Source: Alphaproteobacteria bacterium (GTDB lineage: Bacteria; Pseudomonadota; Alphaproteobacteria; CACIAM-22H2). From it: DNA of 64,000 nt. Position 1 is the first letter of the stretch, and each line of letters opens with the position of its first letter. Under the pieces are notes generated by a model. The model made no database searches. It had not been told where the DNA came from and saw only the letters and a program-made list of their open reading frames with translations. Positions 33,793-43,229 of the stretch are shown here, piece by piece. A program made the translations under genes and the position numbers. Where the stretch lies: contig DATJPD010000082.1 of assembly GCA_035506575.1 (NCBI GenBank), positions 18,566 through 82,565 on the forward strand, written 5' to 3'.

Positions 33793-34287
33793 ATGCCGTT
33801 CTCAAAACTCGATCACGAGCGCTTTCTCCGCCGCACCTTCGACGTCGCGCGTGACGCGCGCGCCAATGGACAGCATCCCTTCGGCGCGATCCTCGTGGGG
33901 CCGGATGGCTCGATCCTGATGGAGCAGGGCAACGGCTATTTCCCGGACCGGGACATGACCGCACACGCCGAGCGCCTGCTGATGACACGCGCCTCGAAGA
34001 CCTATCCTCCGGCGGTGCTGCGGGAGTGCACGCTCTACAGCTCCGCCGAGCCGTGCGCGATGTGCGCCGGTGCGATCTATTGGGCCGGGGTCGGCCGCGT
34101 CGTGTTCGGCGCCAGCGAATTTCAGCTCAAGTCGATGACCGGCAATCATCCGGAAAACCCGACCCTCGATCTCCCCTGCACCACGGTGTTCGCCGCGGGC
34201 CAGCGCGCGGTCGAGGTGATCGGTCCCCTTCTCGCCGATGAGGCCCTGGCGCTCCACCAGGGTGCCTGGGACGCGCCGCAGGCCTAA
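33793..34287 (+). CDS. CDA-fold (CMP/dCMP-type zinc) nucleoside/nucleobase deaminase 2
   Basis: ORF 33694..34287 trimmed to MPFSKLDHERFLRR at 33793. The zinc motifs are HAE and AEPCAMC. It is clearly different in sequence from deaminase 1. Confidence 0.85.
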   Translation: MPFSKLDHERFLRRTFDVARDARANGQHPFGAILVGPDGSILMEQGNGYFPDRDMTAHAERLLMTRASKTYPPAVLRECTLYSSAEPCAMCAGAIYWAGVGRVVFGASEFQLKSMTGNHPENPTLDLPCTTVFAAGQRAVEVIGPLLADEALALHQGAWDAPQA

Positions 34288-35321
34288 AGGCTCAGCATGC
34301 GCTCGGCCGCGGGCGGCAGGAACTTGTCCGTGTAGACGTCCTCGGGCCGCTGCTTCTCCGGAAGCTTGAACACCTCGGTCAAGGTGTCGATGTTCCGCTG
34401 CAGGCGAACGGCGTCCACGTGGCTGACGCCGTTCTGCTCGACATTCGGCCGTTTGAGCGCCAGGTCGATCATCAGCTCGAGGCGGCCGACTTCGATGCCG
34501 GTATTCAGCAGCGGATCATGTTTCTTCAGCGATTCGACCGCCGCAACCTTGTCGGCGATCATCGCCTTGAGGCCGCGCACGGTCACGCGCAGGAACTTCC
34601 GCACCAGATCCGGATTCTTCTCGGCGAACTCGGCGCGGACCACCACGCCGCTGCCATACAGATCGACGCCGTAATCCGCGAAATTCATCACCGACAGCTC
34701 GTCGCGCCGGACGCCGAGCTGCTCGAGATCCGGAATCGAGGTCGTCACGTAGCCGGCCAGCGCGTCGGCCTGGCGCTTGGCGAACTGCTCCGCCTGCAGC
34801 TGGATGCTCACGGTTTGCCAGATGACTTTGCTCTCATCGACGCCGTTCGCCCGCGCAAACGCAGGAAACATCGTCCGTCCGCCGGTGGTCAGCGGGGCGA
34901 CGATGGTCTTCCCTTCCAGGTCCTTGGGCGTGGTGATGCCGCTGCCCTTGCGCGTGATGATGGTGCCGGGAAAAACGTCGTAGATCACGAACACGCTCAG
35001 CAGCTTGCGCTCCGGGCTCTTGGCGTTGAACAGCATGACCGTGTTCATGTCGCCGAACAGAAAGTCATAGTTCCCGCCCGCGATCGCCTGCGCGTTCTCG
35101 AGCCCACCATAGCCGCGGTCGATCGTCACGGACAGCCCTTCGTCCTGGAAATAGCCGCGCGCATCCGCGAGGCTCCAGATCGACTGCGGCGACTGCCAGA
35201 CCCAGTCGAGCCGCAGCTTGATCGGCGTGAGAGGCTGAGCGCGTGCAGCCGAGCCCGCGCCGAGGAACAGCGGCGCCGCCAGCGCGCCGCGCAATACCGA
35301 CCGTCGATCGAGTCCGCTCAT
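34284..35321 (-). CDS. ABC transporter substrate-binding protein, NMT1/THI5 family, divergent paralog 3 with a Tat-like signal
   Basis: ORF 34284..35348 trimmed to MSGLDRRSVLRGALAAPLFLGAGSAARA at 35321, with GAGGGGG upstream. Its stop overlaps the stop of deaminase 2; the two genes are convergent. Confidence 0.8.
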   Translation of the reverse strand: MSGLDRRSVLRGALAAPLFLGAGSAARAQPLTPIKLRLDWVWQSPQSIWSLADARGYFQDEGLSVTIDRGYGGLENAQAIAGGNYDFLFGDMNTVMLFNAKSPERKLLSVFVIYDVFPGTIITRKGSGITTPKDLEGKTIVAPLTTGGRTMFPAFARANGVDESKVIWQTVSIQLQAEQFAKRQADALAGYVTTSIPDLEQLGVRRDELSVMNFADYGVDLYGSGVVVRAEFAEKNPDLVRKFLRVTVRGLKAMIADKVAAVESLKKHDPLLNTGIEVGRLELMIDLALKRPNVEQNGVSHVDAVRLQRNIDTLTEVFKLPEKQRPEDVYTDKFLPPAAERMLSL

Positions 35322-35357
35322 GACACCCCCTCGCCCTTCGCCCGCCACCAGGTTGGA

Positions 35358-36860
35358 TCAGGTCAACCGCGCAAACCGGTTCACATCCATCGGCCGACCC
35401 AACGCCTCTGTGATCAGCGGCTGGAACACCGCGCGCTCGCCGCGCGTCGCGCTCAGGTGCTGCGCGTTGTTCTGTTCATCCTGCGTCGCGAATTCCTGCG
35501 CCGACGCATAGATCTCGTCCTCGTCCACCTTCGTGCAGCGGCCGGCTTTGACGACGACCTCGCCGGCCACGAGCACCGTGTCGATGGATTGCCCGGTCTC
35601 GTACATCACGAGATGGTTCCACACATTGCCGAGCGGCCGGTGGATGTCGCTGTCGAGCCTGAGGATCGCAAGATCGGCATGGGCGCCGACCTCGATGGCG
35701 CCGAGCTTCCCGGGCTCGCCCAGCACGGCGGCCCCGCCGACGGTCGCGAGCCCGAGGGCCTGACGCGAGGTCATCCAGCGGTCGCAGTCCGGTTGGCTGA
35801 TGCGGCTCAACAGCATGGAAAACTTGGCCTGCTCGAACATGTTGATCGCATTGCTGCTGCAGCCATCGGACCCCACCGCCACCCGGACGCCCGCCTCCAG
35901 AAGCCGTGTCGTCGGCTGGAGGCCGCTGCCCAGCACGAGATTGCTCACCGGGTTGTTCACGACATTCACGCGCTTCTCGGCCGCGAGCTCGATGTCGCGG
36001 TCCGTGCACCAGACAAAATGCGCGAGCGAGCTCTTCTCGTTGATGAGGCCAAAGCGGTCGAGATAGGCGACGAAGCTACCGCCGATCCCGGGCGCCATCA
36101 GTGCCTGGGTCTTGGCCTCCAGGAGATGGGTGTGCAGCCCCATGCGGTGCCGCGCCGCGAATTCGCCGGTCTTTTCCAGAAGTGCCGGCGTGCACCGCTG
36201 CGGCCCGTCCACGCCGAGCATGAGCCGCACGCGCTCGCCGCCCCGGGTCTCGGCCGCAACCTCCTCCATCATGACGAAGTACTCGTCGGGTGATTTGGGA
36301 GTCATGCGCACCCAGCGGTCCTGGATGTCCTGAGGCAGGCGCGCCGCCTCGATCGGCAAGGAATCGATGTAGCGGCGGTCCTCGAACATGGGCGCCACGG
36401 CAGCCCGGATGCCGATGTCCCGGTACGCCTTGAAGACGGTCAGCACCGCCTCCGTGGACGGCATCGCCCCGTGACGGAAATGATCCACCACGCCGGTCAC
36501 GCCGTGCTTGAGCATCTCGATCGCGTGCAGCAAGGCCCCCACCCGCACGATCTCAAGCGGCCGGTGCGAGCGCCGCGACATCGCCTCCATGACGAACAGG
36601 TCGAGCGGCGCCCCGCCGATCTTCCCGCGCTGCAGCGCCGAGGCGGAATGCGAATGCGAGTTGATCAGCCCGGGAAGGACCAGCGCGTTCGAAAACGCCA
36701 GCGTCTCGAACGTGCCCCCTGCGAAGGGGGCTGCCTCGCCTTTCGGCGCGATCGCCGCGATGCGCCCGCCCGCGATCCACAGGTCCATGTCGTCGAGCAG
36801 ATCGTCGCTGCCGCCGAGCGGCGCGATCTTCGCCCCCGTGATCCGCAGCTTGGAGCCCAC
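35358..36860 (-). CDS. Amidohydrolase-superfamily enzyme (chlorohydrolase/guanine-deaminase/SsnA-like subgroup)
   Basis: This is the C-terminal 500 codons of ORF 35358..37949. A GTG start at 36860 lies 5 nt after the upstream stop. The metal motifs are GLINSHSH and HTHLLE, plus GSDG and a late aspartate region. Confidence 0.85.
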   Translation of the reverse strand: MGSKLRITGAKIAPLGGSDDLLDDMDLWIAGGRIAAIAPKGEAAPFAGGTFETLAFSNALVLPGLINSHSHSASALQRGKIGGAPLDLFVMEAMSRRSHRPLEIVRVGALLHAIEMLKHGVTGVVDHFRHGAMPSTEAVLTVFKAYRDIGIRAAVAPMFEDRRYIDSLPIEAARLPQDIQDRWVRMTPKSPDEYFVMMEEVAAETRGGERVRLMLGVDGPQRCTPALLEKTGEFAARHRMGLHTHLLEAKTQALMAPGIGGSFVAYLDRFGLINEKSSLAHFVWCTDRDIELAAEKRVNVVNNPVSNLVLGSGLQPTTRLLEAGVRVAVGSDGCSSNAINMFEQAKFSMLLSRISQPDCDRWMTSRQALGLATVGGAAVLGEPGKLGAIEVGAHADLAILRLDSDIHRPLGNVWNHLVMYETGQSIDTVLVAGEVVVKAGRCTKVDEDEIYASAQEFATQDEQNNAQHLSATRGERAVFQPLITEALGRPMDVNRFARLT

Positions 36861-36865
36861 GGCGG

Positions 36866-38395
36866 TCAGGCGGCCACCATGGCGGAGAAGCCCGCGACCT
36901 CGCCGAGACGTGCAAGGGCGAACGCACGGTCGAGCCGTACGAGAAAGAGCCCCACCTGCATCGGCAGACGGTGATCGAGAAAGCAGTCGTAGATCGTATC
37001 CAGGGCCTCGGCCAACGGCAGCCCGTGTGCGCAGCGTGCCCGTTCGACCGCGGCGCGCAGATCGAGCGCCTTGCGCACGCTCACCTTCTGCGGCTCGGGG
37101 GTCGCCCAGTCGATGTCGCCGAGGTTCGACGCGAGCGCCTCGACGAAGGCCAGCTTGCGCGCCGGCAGGTTTTTTGCCGCCTCCGGCACATGGTCCTCGG
37201 CGACCTGCAGGAACCAGTTCCGCTCGTCGGTCGCTCGCGCGAGGTCGCAATCGATCCGGCGGCCGTTCTTGAAGGCCATGACCGGGACGCACCGCGCGTC
37301 CGCGACCCGCGTGCGCATAACGCAATCCTCGAGCTCGAACCGGCCGGCCTCGAGCCGGAACACGGTGATATCGGCGGGAAGCCCGGGACGCAGACTGCCC
37401 GCGCGGTCCGAGAGCGACAGGTGGCGCGCCGGATTTGCGGTCACGCAGGCGATGACGTCGTGCAGCGACAGGCCGAGGCGCAGGCAGATCGACATCGTAT
37501 GCGACAGCGAGAACGTCGGCCGCAGGACGTTGAACTGCTGCAGATCGGAGCTGATGAAGTGCGGCCGCAGGCCCTGGGCCATGGTCTTCTCCGCGACGTC
37601 CCAGGAAAATCCGTAGCTGCCGAAGCCGATGTCGAACAGCGCGCCGCGCGCCGCCGCGTCCTGCACGCATGGCAGGATCCTGCCCGCCCGATCCAGGACC
37701 TGCCCCTGCGGACACCCGTTGTAGACATGGGTGATGATGTCGCCGGCGCCGACGCAGCTCACCGCGTATTCGAACGGATCGATGAAACCCGGCCAGGCGC
37801 GGTTCTCGCCGATGTGCAGATAAAACGGCATGCCCAGCGCCGAGGCGACGTTGCGCGCGATCTCGATCGTCACCTGTCCGCGCTGGCTGTACGCCGCCGC
37901 CTTGATATAGCGAGCGACACCGGGATGCGCCTCGATCCAGTCGGACCACAGCGAGATCGGAATCGCCGCTATGTCGCGGATATCGTCGTCGCCGGGCTCA
38001 TAATCGAAGCCGACGATGCCCATCGGCAGGACGTAGGGGCCGGCATAGACATCCGTGACCAGCCGCCCCTTGGTCAGCGCCTCGAACTCGTCGAGCGTCA
38101 GGATGCCCGGGCCGCCGGCATCGATGAAACTGGTCACACCCTGGCAAATGCCGATGCTGTCGGGGTCGCCGAAGCCGAGTGCCCCCATCGCATGCACATG
38201 AATATCGATCCAGCCTGGCGACAGATAGTTGCCGGAGAGATCGACGGTCTCCGCGCCCGAAGGGACTTCGATCCCAGTGCCGACGGCGGCGATCTTGCCG
38301 GCAGCGATCAGGACGTCGGCAGGCCCGTCGATCCGTCGGGCGGGATCGATGACATGCGCACCCTTTAAGAACACCGCGTTCTCATATTTGCTCAT
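36866..38395 (-). CDS. Amidohydrolase-superfamily enzyme (dihydroorotase/deacylase-like) with a ~130-aa C-terminal extension
   Basis: ORF 36866..38455 trimmed to MSKYENAVFLKGAHVIDP at 38395. The HxH motif is GWIDIHVHA. The C-terminal helical tail after ~residue 380 has no family I recognise. Confidence 0.8.
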   Translation of the reverse strand: MSKYENAVFLKGAHVIDPARRIDGPADVLIAAGKIAAVGTGIEVPSGAETVDLSGNYLSPGWIDIHVHAMGALGFGDPDSIGICQGVTSFIDAGGPGILTLDEFEALTKGRLVTDVYAGPYVLPMGIVGFDYEPGDDDIRDIAAIPISLWSDWIEAHPGVARYIKAAAYSQRGQVTIEIARNVASALGMPFYLHIGENRAWPGFIDPFEYAVSCVGAGDIITHVYNGCPQGQVLDRAGRILPCVQDAAARGALFDIGFGSYGFSWDVAEKTMAQGLRPHFISSDLQQFNVLRPTFSLSHTMSICLRLGLSLHDVIACVTANPARHLSLSDRAGSLRPGLPADITVFRLEAGRFELEDCVMRTRVADARCVPVMAFKNGRRIDCDLARATDERNWFLQVAEDHVPEAAKNLPARKLAFVEALASNLGDIDWATPEPQKVSVRKALDLRAAVERARCAHGLPLAEALDTIYDCFLDHRLPMQVGLFLVRLDRAFALARLGEVAGFSAMVAA

Positions 38396-38507
38396 GAGAC
38401 CGCCTCGCGATGAATGATCGAGCATCCGCCCATGTTGCAAAGGTGTGTTTTGCAAACGGCGGGCCAGGCGCGGCGGGTGTCCAGTTTTTGAGCAGGCTTG
38501 CGCCCGC

Positions 38508-40124
38508 TTAATCGACCGAGGTGGCCCGGGTCACCCGAAGTTCGTCGAAGTCGAGCTCGCGCATCAACGTCTCGACGGTTTCGTCGCTGATCTCGCGCTC
38601 CCGGTGCAGCTTCACCAGCCGCCGGCGTGCCGCTTTGATAGCCGCCAGGCGCAGGCGGCGCCGCTTCTCGGCGACGGCGGCCGTATCGTGAGAATGGCCC
38701 GCATCCGCCTGGGCTTCGAGCTCCGCCAGCGGCCTTGCGAAGTCGGAGCGCACGCGTTCGATCACACGGGCTGGCAGCGCCATCCGCTCGGCCACCCGGT
38801 CGATCTCCGCGACGGCCGCATAGGCCATCTTCGCGCGCGCGAGTCCCTCTTCCTCGTTGAGATCGACACCCAAAGCCCCATCGTAGCCCAGACGGCGCAG
38901 GACGATGGGCAGGCTCAGCCCCTGTCCCACGATCGTGGTGACGATCACGGCAAAGGTTAGGAACACGATCAGGGCGCGAGCCGGAAACGGCGCGCCGTCG
39001 GCCAACGTCAGCGGCAGGGCCATCGCGGCGGCAAGCGACACGATGCCGCGCATGCCGATATAGCCCACGACCGCGGTCGCCCGGAGCTGCTCCGCCGGAG
39101 CGACGCCGCGGATCCTGGCCGTGACCCATTGCGGCAGGAATCCGACGGCGAACACCCACACAACGCGTGCCAGGATCATCGCCGCGCTGATCGCCGCCGC
39201 GTCGATGATCAGCTCGCTCCACGAAAACGGAGCCAGCGCCTGGATGATCGGCGGCAGCTGCAGGCCGATCAGGATGAAGATCAGGCTGTTGAGAAAGAAC
39301 ACCACGGCGTCCCACAGCGCCAGGCCGCGCTGGCGCGTCTCGGCAGAGATGACCGTCGGGCTCACCCAGGCGCGCCACAATCCGATGCTCACCACGGCCA
39401 GCACGCCTGAGGTCCCCAGCGCATCCGCCGCCCAGAACGCGGCGAAGGGTGCGGCCATCAACAGCAGCGTCTCCGACAAGGTGTCGTGCAGCCGGCGGTG
39501 GATCCACACCGATACCCAGCCGAGCGCCAAACCCACCGTGATGCCACCGACGGCCACCAGGACGAACTCGCCGACCGCCTGGCGCGCCGAGAAGACCCCG
39601 GTCATCAGCGCCGCCAGCGCAAACTTGTAGAGCACGAGGGCCGTCGCGTCGTTCACCAGGCTTTCGCCTTCAATGACGGTGACGAGGGGGCGCGGCAAGT
39701 TCAGGTTATGGAGGATGGCCGTCGCGGCGACCGCATCTGGCGGCGACACGATGGCCCCGAGCAGGAAAGCCGCCGGCCACGGTAAGGAGGGCACCAGATA
39801 CTTCGCCACGACGGCGACGGCCGCGGTCGTGAACAGCACCAGCCCGAGTGCAAGCCTGCCGATCGGCCGCCAATTGTCGCGGAACCCGTGCCACGGCATG
39901 TGCAGGGCCGCCCGGTACAGGATCGGCGGCAGGAACACGATGAAGACGATCTCGGGGTCGAGACGCACCGGCGGCAAGCCGGGTAGGATGCTGGGGGCGA
40001 AGCCGAGCGCCAGCCCGCCGAGCGTGAGCGCGATCGGGTACGGCATGCCCAGGCGCCGTGCGGCGACACCCAGCGCCATCGCGGCGATCACCAGCAGGAT
40101 GACGATCTCGAGCGTGGTGGTCAT
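38508..40124 (-). CDS. Na+/H+ antiporter (CPA1/NhaP-type)
   Basis: 538 aa with ~11-12 TM helices. It has VSPPDAVAATAIL and ESLVNDATALVLY, which are typical CPA1 motifs, and a cytoplasmic C-terminal tail. Confidence 0.9.
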   Translation of the reverse strand: MTTTLEIVILLVIAAMALGVAARRLGMPYPIALTLGGLALGFAPSILPGLPPVRLDPEIVFIVFLPPILYRAALHMPWHGFRDNWRPIGRLALGLVLFTTAAVAVVAKYLVPSLPWPAAFLLGAIVSPPDAVAATAILHNLNLPRPLVTVIEGESLVNDATALVLYKFALAALMTGVFSARQAVGEFVLVAVGGITVGLALGWVSVWIHRRLHDTLSETLLLMAAPFAAFWAADALGTSGVLAVVSIGLWRAWVSPTVISAETRQRGLALWDAVVFFLNSLIFILIGLQLPPIIQALAPFSWSELIIDAAAISAAMILARVVWVFAVGFLPQWVTARIRGVAPAEQLRATAVVGYIGMRGIVSLAAAMALPLTLADGAPFPARALIVFLTFAVIVTTIVGQGLSLPIVLRRLGYDGALGVDLNEEEGLARAKMAYAAVAEIDRVAERMALPARVIERVRSDFARPLAELEAQADAGHSHDTAAVAEKRRRLRLAAIKAARRRLVKLHREREISDETVETLMRELDFDELRVTRATSVD

Positions 40125-40194
40125 GCGGGAGGCACCCTGCCACGGGCCCTAGCAACGCGCCACCTTGATGCCGAGACAGATCCGGCGGTTCGCC

Positions 40195-41127
40195 TCAGCG
40201 CGCCAGCGCTGCGAGGATCGCCAGAAGGCGGCGGTCGCGCTCGGCTGCGAGCTCGGGAATGCTGCGTCCGCCCACCGCGTCGGCGACGCCGTCGACGATC
40301 CGCTTGCGGATCTCGGGAGAGAGGCGCGGCGCGCCGAGGTCGGCCCACCAGCTTTCCATGGGCGTGCCGAGATGTGCCAGGAAATGCGCCATCCCGCCCT
40401 CCCCGCCGGCGAGATGGAAGGTCGTGTTCGGCCCCATGAACGCCCAGCGCAGGCCGGGACCGAATGCAATCGCCTTGTCGATGTCGGCGACGCTCGCGAC
40501 ATCCTCGGCGAGAAGATGGACGGCCTCCCGCCACAGCGCCGCCTGCAGCCGGTTGGCGATATGGCCTTTTACCTCCTTGCGCACATGGATCGGCTCCTTG
40601 CCGATCTGCGCGTAGAAGGCCATCGCGCGCGCGACGGCGTCCGGCGCCGTCTTGTGTCCGCCCACGACCTCGACCAGCGGGATCAGGTGCGGCGGGTTGA
40701 ACGGATGGCCGATGACGCACCGCCCGGGATGGCGGCAACCCTCCTGGATGCGGCTCATCAGCAGGCCAGACGAGCTGGAGGCGATGACGATCTCCGGCGC
40801 CACCGCGCCGTCCAGCGCGCGGAACAGCTCGATCTTGAGGTCTTCCCGCTCGGGTCCGTTTTCCTGGACGAACTCGGCGCCCGCGACGGCCGCCGCGGCG
40901 TCTTTCGCGAATCTCACGCGCTCGGGATCGGCTCCGGCGGCCAGTCCCAGCCGCGACAGCGCGGGCCAGGCATCGCTGATGAACCGGCGAACGAAGGTTT
41001 CTGCGTCCGGCCGCGGATCCCATGCCGTCACATGGAGACCGCGCGACAGGAAATAGGCGGCCCAGCTGGCGCCGATCGTTCCCGCCCCGATGACCGCCAC
41101 GCGCCGGACCGACGCCGTTTCGCTCAT
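40195..41127 (-). CDS. L-carnitine dehydrogenase-like 3-hydroxyacyl-CoA dehydrogenase family protein
   Basis: 310 aa. It includes VAVIGAGTIGASWA (Rossmann motif), GHPFNPPHLIPLVEVVGG and GLRWAFMGP. Confidence 0.85.
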   Translation of the reverse strand: MSETASVRRVAVIGAGTIGASWAAYFLSRGLHVTAWDPRPDAETFVRRFISDAWPALSRLGLAAGADPERVRFAKDAAAAVAGAEFVQENGPEREDLKIELFRALDGAVAPEIVIASSSSGLLMSRIQEGCRHPGRCVIGHPFNPPHLIPLVEVVGGHKTAPDAVARAMAFYAQIGKEPIHVRKEVKGHIANRLQAALWREAVHLLAEDVASVADIDKAIAFGPGLRWAFMGPNTTFHLAGGEGGMAHFLAHLGTPMESWWADLGAPRLSPEIRKRIVDGVADAVGGRSIPELAAERDRRLLAILAALAR

Positions 41128-41161
41128 GACATGTCCTCCCCCAAAGCCGCTCTTCGTCGGC

Positions 41162-41566
<405 letters not shown>

Positions 41567-42775
41567 TCAATCCGCGGCTTCCGCCGCCGTCAGCGGCAGG
41601 CTCGAGACGGCGCGGTCGTCCGGCAGGAACAGTGCCGAGACGCCGACGATCGCGGCGAGCAGGCCCAGCAACAGATAAAGCGAGCCGAAGCCGCCGGTCG
41701 TGTCATGGACATAGGCGATCAGCGGAATGGCGGTCGCAGCCACGCCGAGCGCGAGCACGAACTTGGCACCGTAGGCGGTCCCGCGCCACTTGCCCGGCGT
41801 GAAATGCGCGAGCAGGCCGTTCTCCGCCGGGATGCAGCTGTAATTGGCGAACACCATGAGCACGGTGAGCGCCAGAACCGGCCAGCCGGTGACCGCCGCC
41901 GCACCCAACAGCAGCGGCGCCTGGAGCGCAAACCCGACCAGATACACCCGCCGCATCGCGAAGCGGTCCGCAAGCCGCCCGCCCACGTACTGCGCCGTCG
42001 CCGCACACAAAAATACGACGGTCACCAGCGCGCCGGGCCCGAGCGCCCCGCTGGTCATCCCCGCCAGGCGTTCGGCGAACACCTTGGGCAGCATCACCAT
42101 ATAGGCGGCGCCGATCAGGCCCGAGCACAGCATCGTCAGCGACAGGATGAAAAACGCGCGCACGGCATCGCCGCGCGACGGCTCCGGCCGCGGCTTCAGA
42201 TCGACCGGCGGCGCGTCGACCGCGCCGAGGCCCCAGGCGACCGCCAGTGCCACGCCGACCGCGATGGCGGCGGCGCCGGGCACGACGAAGGCCGCCCGCC
42301 AGGAAACCAGATCGCACAGAGCACCGGCGATCATCGGGCCGACGGCGAGCCCGACCGAGCCGAAGATGCCGTTGATGCCCAACGCCCGGCCGCGATTGGC
42401 GGCGGCACGGATGAGCCATGCCATGCCGACCGGGTGGTAGATCGAGGCGAACGTACCGATGAGGGCCAGCCCCACGGCGAGCTCGACCCCGTTGCGGGCG
42501 AAGCCGGTCATCACCGTGGCGACGCCGCTGCCGATGAAGAACACGACCATCATGCCGAGCGTCGACCAGCGGTCGCCAAGCCACCCTGCCGGGAGGGCCG
42601 CAACCCCGAACAGGACCTGGCCCGCGAACATCAGCGCGATCAGCTCGCCATAGGGCATGCGCCACTCGCGCTCGAGCACCAGCACGACGGTCGGATAGAG
42701 GATCGTCAGGATGTGGGAGAAGCTATGCCCCACATTTGAGAAAAATTGCGCGCAGGCGGGCGAAGGGCGGGTCAT
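41567..42775 (-). CDS. MFS transporter
   Basis: 402 aa with 12 predicted TM helices and the MFS loop motif GWLGDRW. It ends 6 nt upstream of the VOC gene. Confidence 0.85.
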   Translation of the reverse strand: MTRPSPACAQFFSNVGHSFSHILTILYPTVVLVLEREWRMPYGELIALMFAGQVLFGVAALPAGWLGDRWSTLGMMVVFFIGSGVATVMTGFARNGVELAVGLALIGTFASIYHPVGMAWLIRAAANRGRALGINGIFGSVGLAVGPMIAGALCDLVSWRAAFVVPGAAAIAVGVALAVAWGLGAVDAPPVDLKPRPEPSRGDAVRAFFILSLTMLCSGLIGAAYMVMLPKVFAERLAGMTSGALGPGALVTVVFLCAATAQYVGGRLADRFAMRRVYLVGFALQAPLLLGAAAVTGWPVLALTVLMVFANYSCIPAENGLLAHFTPGKWRGTAYGAKFVLALGVAATAIPLIAYVHDTTGGFGSLYLLLGLLAAIVGVSALFLPDDRAVSSLPLTAAEAAD

Positions 42776-42850
42776 TTATTAATCCTGCGCCCTGCGGCCG
42801 CCGCGGACAAGTCCGCCGGATGCAAGGGACGTATGCGCCGAAACGAACCG

Positions 42851-43177
42851 TCAGCTCGGCCGCGCCGCGGTCTCTGTCGCCACCCACGCGAGAAAGTCGG
42901 GGTTGCCGTCGGGGATCGGCAGGGCGACCACGCAGGGCACCGCATAGCTGTGCAGGGCCTTCACCCGTGCGGTTACCGCGGCCACCAGGTCGGCGCGCGT
43001 CTTGACGATCAGCACCGCCTCGCGATCCTCGGTGAGCTTGCCCTCCCACCAATAGACCGACTCCATGCCGTCGATGACGTTGGCGCAGGCCGCCAGCCGT
43101 CCCTCCACCAGGGCGCGGCCGATCTTCTTCGCCTCGTCGCGCGAGCCGGCCGTGATATAAAGCATGCGGATGTCCAT
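42851..43177 (-). CDS. cutA: Divalent-cation tolerance protein CutA
   Basis: 108 aa. It includes LAACANVIDGMESVYWWEGK, a CutA1 signature. Confidence 0.9.
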   Translation of the reverse strand: MDIRMLYITAGSRDEAKKIGRALVEGRLAACANVIDGMESVYWWEGKLTEDREAVLIVKTRADLVAAVTARVKALHSYAVPCVVALPIPDGNPDFLAWVATETAARPS

Positions 43178-43229
43178 GGCTCTCCTCCCTGCCTGCCCCT
43201 AGGATAACGCGCCCCGAGGATCATGCATC

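Noticed and set aside
36861-37949. N-terminal 363 codons of the 863-aa ORF 35358..37949
   Set aside because: This stretch overlaps the upstream amidohydrolase out of frame. The amidohydrolase homology begins at the GTG at 36860.
34419-38368. Long + strand ORFs 34419..36293 (624 aa) and 36971..38368 (465 aa)
   Set aside because: They are antisense to SBP3 and the two amidohydrolase genes, which carry clear signal-peptide and HxH motifs. The translations are R/D/H-rich nonsense.
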